Part shown: positions 59,425-64,000 of the stretch, piece after piece
How positions within the stretch are numbered: the stretch's first letter is position 1
Layout: each line of letters opens with the position of its first letter
Source: a virus
DNA: 64,000 bases
Strand: one strand, 5' to 3'
IMG/VR virus record: IMGVR_UViG_3300047462_000154
Coordinates: 96,001 to 160,000 of that record
The notes under the pieces: generated by a model
Database searches by the model: none
What the model was told of the DNA's origin: nothing
The model's input: the letters and a program-made list of their open reading frames with translations, nothing else
Position numbers and translations under genes: made by a program

Positions 59425-61697
59425 GTCCCAGCACGAACAACAGCTTTTTGCACTTGTTGTGTTGATTTAGTAGTTTTTTGTTGTTGGGTAATTGTTTGAA
59501 TACCAAGGGCTTTTTGTAATTTCAACTGTTCTTCAGTCAACATCGCAATTTGTTTCAACAATTCAAGATGTTTTTGACCTGTGGCGGTTTTATCTTCCTG
59601 TTTATCTTTTGATATTTCAGTAATTGTATCATTATACATTTTTTGATAATAATTCATATCAGGATTAACGCCACGTCCTTGGGTAAATCTAGAACCAGTA
59701 TTTCCCAAATCTTTAACTGATGGCGCGGCGCTGATTAAACCAGCTAATCCTAAGCCAGCAGCAGCCACCAAACCGCCTCCTAGCGGGTCTATTAATTCTC
59801 CTGCACCAAATGCTTCACCTTCTGGTCCTAACTCTGGAGCAAGCCTTCCAAGGGCTTTTGCGCCTGCTTTCGTGCCGTTCCAGATACCACTTGCGCCTTT
59901 TTCAATACCAGTTTTTGTGCCGCTCCATAATTTGGATGGAATATTTTTAATTGTTTCTTTGGCTATTGTTAAACCACTTGTTACGGCATTTTTCATAGAA
60001 GATGGAATTAATTTACCAAGCAATCCAACTAATCCTGCAATTCCTTTACCACCAATATTCACAACGCCTGCAAACACATTCATTAATGCTACGGCTCCAA
60101 GTTTAGCTAATAGTGCCGTTCCAACACCAACTGCAATAGATTCTTTTGGATGGTTTAATACCCATCCTACCAATTTTAATACTTCTGCAAACAAATATTG
60201 GAATCCATCTGAGAATTTCTTAATATTATCTTGAGTAAAAGTATTTTTAATTAATGTTCCCATACCTTTAAAAAAATCAGAATATATTTTAATTGATTCA
60301 GGACTTAATAATGTTGTGATAATATTTCCTGCCAAATCACCAAGAGATTGGAATGCAGGCGCTAATGTATTTGTAATTGTATCACCAGCATTTCCAAATG
60401 CTGAATTTATTTTTGTAAGAGTTCCAAAAAACCCTTTGTCAAATGCTGTTGTTAATGAATTAATTGTATTTTCAAGAGTATTAAAGAATTTAGTTAGATT
60501 ATCTTCATTGACATTATCTTGTGAAAATTTATCTGGATTAATTCCTCGTAAATTAAATAACAATGTTCCTAATTGTGCAACATCAGCATTACCAGCTTTT
60601 GCTTGAAGATTGATAAAATCTTCTTTTGAAATACCTTCATCTTGAAGTGTTTTTACAAGAGTTGCTAAATCATTTTTAGTTGCTGTTCCAGATTGCACTT
60701 TATCTGCATAATTTTGCAAAATTCCCGCAACATCTCCCATACCACCACTATATAATTCTTTACCCAAATCAGAAAATTGAACACCACCATAACCAATTGT
60801 TTGAACCAAAGCTTTACTTAATTGTGTGCCAGTATCTCCAGGCAATGATGCTAACCCAGCAGTTGCTTGAGTGATTTGTTGCATTTGCTGTGGTGATAGA
60901 TTTAAAGATTGAATGGAAACATCACCAAGTGCACCATTTGTAGCACTTTGAATTTCTTCTTTCGATTTACCAGTTACAGCAGAAAAATCAGCCAAATCTT
61001 TTGCAAATTGAACAATAGATTGTTGATTAACTTTTGTATTTGCTGTAGTTAATAAATTTTGTTTTCTTAATGTTTCTGCATAATCTGCTGTTAAATCATT
61101 TAATTGTTCTATGTTCATACCATAGAACCCAAATTGTTTTAGATTATCTCTAATACCTTTTGCAAATATTCCAATATTATCAGCACCATCTTGGCTATTT
61201 GCAGACATAACTGCTGATACTGTTGCTTGTCTTTGTAATAACTCAGAAAACATCTGTAATGGCACACCAGCTTGTGCTGCTTGCAATGCCATATTAATCA
61301 TTGAACCACCAAAAGTTTGTCCAATGCTTGATAATTTATTATAAGTTTTTCCTAAATTAATACCACCATCAATTAACGTAGTAAATGTTTTACCCAATAC
61401 TGCAAATTCAGCAATGTGTTTAAACGTTTCATATAATCTATCACTACCACTACCTAATTTTGTGAAATGGTCAGTAAGAACATCTGTGGTGCGTTTTAAT
61501 TTATCATGTGAACCAGATAATTTATTTCTTTTATCGTTTTCTAAAGATGAATTATCTTTTCCAGAATAAACATTTCCCTTACGTATTTGGGCTGTTCTGT
61601 TTTTATAACTTGTTGGGTCTGTATTTTTTACATAGGTGGTCAATAACTTTAATAAGTCATCAAATTTCTGTTCAAATTGTGCATCATCAATAGCCAT
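59421..61697 (-). CDS. tape-measure-like / tail length determinator protein
   Basis: Helical A/G/Q-rich protein; GQTFGGSM..M...AAQAG, FGFYGM.IEQLN, L.DFSAVTGKSKEEI; divergent from gp26-like chaperone; TATAAATA upstream. Confidence 0.65.
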   Translation of the reverse strand: MAIDDAQFEQKFDDLLKLLTTYVKNTDPTSYKNRTAQIRKGNVYSGKDNSSLENDKRNKLSGSHDKLKRTTDVLTDHFTKLGSGSDRLYETFKHIAEFAVLGKTFTTLIDGGINLGKTYNKLSSIGQTFGGSMINMALQAAQAGVPLQMFSELLQRQATVSAVMSANSQDGADNIGIFAKGIRDNLKQFGFYGMNIEQLNDLTADYAETLRKQNLLTTANTKVNQQSIVQFAKDLADFSAVTGKSKEEIQSATNGALGDVSIQSLNLSPQQMQQITQATAGLASLPGDTGTQLSKALVQTIGYGGVQFSDLGKELYSGGMGDVAGILQNYADKVQSGTATKNDLATLVKTLQDEGISKEDFINLQAKAGNADVAQLGTLLFNLRGINPDKFSQDNVNEDNLTKFFNTLENTINSLTTAFDKGFFGTLTKINSAFGNAGDTITNTLAPAFQSLGDLAGNIITTLLSPESIKIYSDFFKGMGTLIKNTFTQDNIKKFSDGFQYLFAEVLKLVGWVLNHPKESIAVGVGTALLAKLGAVALMNVFAGVVNIGGKGIAGLVGLLGKLIPSSMKNAVTSGLTIAKETIKNIPSKLWSGTKTGIEKGASGIWNGTKAGAKALGRLAPELGPEGEAFGAGELIDPLGGGLVAAAGLGLAGLISAAPSVKDLGNTGSRFTQGRGVNPDMNYYQKMYNDTITEISKDKQEDKTATGQKHLELLKQIAMLTEEQLKLQKALGIQTITQQQKTTKSTQQVQKAVVRAGT

Positions 61698-61717
61698 AGA
61701 TATTCCTTTATATCAAA

Positions 61718-61759
61718 TATTTATATGATTAATAATAAATGGTTTTAATTGGATAAATA
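61718..61759. promoter_or_regulatory. back-to-back late promoters
   Basis: TATAAATA on minus (61718-61725) and GATAAATA on plus (61752-61759). Confidence 0.6.
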
Positions 61760-61786
61760 AATACAATTATATAGGGATATTATTAC

Positions 61787-62674
61787 ATGAATGATTTTGA
61801 TGAATCTGAATTTTTTTCGGCAAGTGCAATAGGAAAATCCAAATTAAGTGGATATTATCGTATTCCTGGTTTGCATGTTATTGTTCCGACTAAGGGTAAA
61901 TTTCTAACTGATTTTAAACCAACTATGAACAATGAGATTCCGATATATCCAATGAAAGCATCTGATGAGATGTTATTGAAAAACCCAGATGCATTGATGA
62001 GTGGATTGGCGTTGGAAAAATTATTTGAATCTTGTATTCCTTGTATTGGGAATCCTAGAGAAATTAGTATGCCTGATGTTGATACTTTATTGATTGGTAT
62101 TCGTGCTGCTACATATGGTGAAAAAATGCCATTGGATGTTGAATGTCCTTCTTGTAAATCTCAATATGATTATATTTGTGATTTGCCAAGTATTTTGGGA
62201 ACGATGACATATGTTAATGAAGACAATTGTGTTAAATTATCGGAACAAATTTTAGTTTATGTAAAACCTTATACTTTAAAAGATGCTTCTGAAATTGCAT
62301 TTTTATCATTTGACGAAATGAGAGAATTACAAAATATGCAAGCAAGTATTGCGGATGATGAAGAAGGTAGAAAAATAAAAACTGAAAAAATGAATGATAC
62401 AATGAAGAAAATATCAGATTTGACTTTGGATATTTTAGTCAATTGTATTTTACATATTGTTGTTCCAGAAGGTGTTGTATCTGATAAAAAAGAAATCAAA
62501 GATTTTTTAAAGAACATATCAAAAGCTTGGTATGAGATGATTGATAATCGTGTTAAAGATATGAACAATCATGGCATTGATAAAAAATTACATATTGTTT
62601 GTGATAATTGCAAACATGAATGGGATAGCAACATGGAGATTGACCCCACAAGTTTTTTCGACGCAGGCTCTTGA
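61787..62674 (+). CDS. baseplate hub assembly chaperone (gp26-like)
   Basis: IPIYPMKASDE.LLKNPDALMSG, DVDTLLIGIRAATYG, CPSC and CDNC zinc motifs, ends DPTSFF. Confidence 0.85.
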   Translation: MNDFDESEFFSASAIGKSKLSGYYRIPGLHVIVPTKGKFLTDFKPTMNNEIPIYPMKASDEMLLKNPDALMSGLALEKLFESCIPCIGNPREISMPDVDTLLIGIRAATYGEKMPLDVECPSCKSQYDYICDLPSILGTMTYVNEDNCVKLSEQILVYVKPYTLKDASEIAFLSFDEMRELQNMQASIADDEEGRKIKTEKMNDTMKKISDLTLDILVNCILHIVVPEGVVSDKKEIKDFLKNISKAWYEMIDNRVKDMNNHGIDKKLHIVCDNCKHEWDSNMEIDPTSFFDAGS

Positions 62675-62696
62675 AAATAACCTCTCGTCAAGAGCT
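62653..62696 (+). other. candidate -1 programmed ribosomal frameshift signal
   Basis: T_TTT_TTC (62653-59), 6-nt spacer, stem ggctcttga/tcaagagct (62666-74 with 62688-96). Confidence 0.7.
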
Positions 62697-62892
62697 AACT
62701 GAATTTTTGAGGGAATTTAAAGAGGAACAAACTGAATTAAGGAAGCAGATTCTTAACATCTGCTGGCACCTTCGCGGGGGTATATCTAGGGAAGAAGCAT
62801 GGACTTTATCTGTTTTAGAACGAAATGACATTATGAAATTTATCAATGAAAGAATTAAAATTGTTCAGGAAACTAAATTACCATTGTTATAA
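62671..62892 (+). CDS. gp51-like tail assembly chaperone extension (in -1 frame of upstream gene)
   Basis: ICWHLRGGISREEAWTLS..ER..I..FI.ER; no ATG start; frame open from the slippery site. Confidence 0.75.
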   Translation: MKITSRQELTEFLREFKEEQTELRKQILNICWHLRGGISREEAWTLSVLERNDIMKFINERIKIVQETKLPLL

Positions 62893-62904
62893 AATTCTTA
62901 AATA

Positions 62905-63213
62905 TCATTTAATTCTAGGGGTTTTTACACCTGTCAAAGCGGTGTAAATACTTACAGCGATAAACTCTATTTCACTTCGCATTTCAATAGCTTCACTATA
63001 TTCTTCATCTGATGATTGTATTCCCATAGTCCCATCAATACCATACCCCTGTTGTAAAGCACTTAATTTGGAAAAAGCTTCGTCTAATCTTTGATGCAAT
63101 TCATAGCATTGAGCCATACTTTGAATACCTAGTCCCATATGCAACGGTTCACCGTTTCTAGGAAAGTAAGGATTAAAACTTTCTACCTTCATTTTAAAGT
63201 TCCCTTTATCCAA
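62905..63213 (-). CDS. hypothetical protein
   Basis: 102 aa ORF; likely start ATG 63192 after AAGGGA. Confidence 0.5.
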   Translation of the reverse strand: MDKGNFKMKVESFNPYFPRNGEPLHMGLGIQSMAQCYELHQRLDEAFSKLSALQQGYGIDGTMGIQSSDEEYSEAIEMRSEIEFIAVSIYTALTGVKTPRIK

Positions 63214-63261
63214 CGTTTTTCATCTTTCAAAAGCGTTTTCACTTGAATAATTTCATCTTTT

Positions 63262-63903
63262 ATGGTCATAATGAATATTATGACGCCAAAAAATAATAGT
63301 CAATATTTCATTGATATTCCAAAACACATATTGGAATTGGAACGTGCTGGATTTACACACGAATATCTTGACGCTTATTTAAAACAATTCTTTTCTGATA
63401 ATGAATTAGTTTATTGTATTGAAAAAGAAAAAATATATTTTAAAAATAAAACTGATATGGTTTTATTTAAATTATTACATTTTTTAGATTTGAAAAATAC
63501 AAAAAGCAAAATCATAATGATAACTGAATATTTTATTGAAGTTGTTCCAAATTTTAATAATGTATTTCTTCACAATTATCAAAATGATGAAATTTATCAA
63601 AATTATTATTTAATACATTTTTTAAAAGATAATGAATTGATTAAATCTATTACAGATATGAAAATATATTTTGAAAAAAAAGAAGATTTGGTTTTGTTTA
63701 AATTAATATATTTTTCAGATATACAAAATTTAGATTTTAACTATCATGGATTACAGAATCAAAATCCAACAGAAGAACTAAAACGTCAAGCGCTTAATGC
63801 AATCGAAAGATCAATAAAAAACATTATTAAGTTTTATGCACCACATAATCTTGAACTTCGCCGCCTTCTGCATTACCACCATGAAGTTTATAATGCCATG
63901 TGA
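63262..63903 (+). CDS. hypothetical with two copies of the KIYF..K.D.VLFKL motif
   Basis: KIYFKNKTDMVLFKL and KIYFEKKEDLVLFKL; 3' end overlaps an opposite-strand gene. Confidence 0.55.
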   Translation: MVIMNIMTPKNNSQYFIDIPKHILELERAGFTHEYLDAYLKQFFSDNELVYCIEKEKIYFKNKTDMVLFKLLHFLDLKNTKSKIIMITEYFIEVVPNFNNVFLHNYQNDEIYQNYYLIHFLKDNELIKSITDMKIYFEKKEDLVLFKLIYFSDIQNLDFNYHGLQNQNPTEELKRQALNAIERSIKNIIKFYAPHNLELRRLLHYHHEVYNAM

Positions 63904-64000
63904 AATAAGGCTCACCTTCTGTTGATACGACAGACCATGGATAATGATTTGCAATCCACTCATCAGCTAATTGTTTTTCTTCTTCATCTAAACCAGAAGC
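63827..64000 (-). CDS. C-terminal end of hypothetical protein entering from window end
   Basis: Reads ASGLDEEEKQLADEWIANHYPWSVVSTEGEPYFTWHYKLHGGNAEGGEVQDYVVHKT*. Confidence 0.6.
   Translation of the reverse strand, partial: ASGLDEEEKQLADEWIANHYPWSVVSTEGEPYFTWHYKLHGGNAEGGEVQDYVVHKT

Noticed and set aside
39346-60874. Antisense or nested ORFs (e.g. 39346-39765, 42884-43408, 43829-44278, 46695-47147, 54864-55256, 59872-60606)
   Set aside because: They lie opposite well-supported genes and have no RBS or motifs; expected from codon bias.
1-64000. Stop-codon reassignment as seen in some large phages
   Set aside because: Long genes translate uninterrupted in code 11; broken genes are frameshifted rather than split by in-frame TAG/TGA.
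1-64000. tRNA or rRNA genes
   Set aside because: No cloverleaf or T-loop pattern seen in intergenic gaps by eye; tRNAscan-SE would confirm.

Overview
AT-rich segment (about 28-30% GC by eye, standard genetic code) of a T4-related jumbo myophage genome; gene content resembles the Rak2/GAP32/121Q-type group. It encodes tail sheath, gp55-like late sigma factor, a baseplate cluster (gp48/54-, gp53-, hub-, gp5-, gp25-, gp6-, gp7-like), three tail-fibre-like genes, portal, tape-measure-like protein and a gp26/gp51-like chaperone pair, with short and partly decayed accessory genes between them. Highlights: (1) a fractured GMP reductase (guaC) split at its active-site loop by a naturally split intein, with a frameshift-inactivated Vsr-like endonuclease between the halves and an unusually acidic C-intein; (2) two related HNH inteins 17 codons apart in the portal; (3) a LAGLIDADG intein in the late sigma factor; (4) a candidate -1 ribosomal frameshift (T_TTT_TTC plus hairpin) joining the gp26-like and gp51-like ORFs; (5) an intact IS605 (tnpA+tnpB) at 56584-58338 whose excision restores the interrupted ORF in frame, giving a predicted TAM and guide; (6) candidate head-packaged effectors (ART-glucosaminidase fusion, kinase); (7) strong GATC avoidance outside the IS. 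Three ORFs labelled + in the track (21603-22892, 22915-23514, 23515-23727) are on the minus strand. All family calls are from motif recognition by eye; no database search was run.
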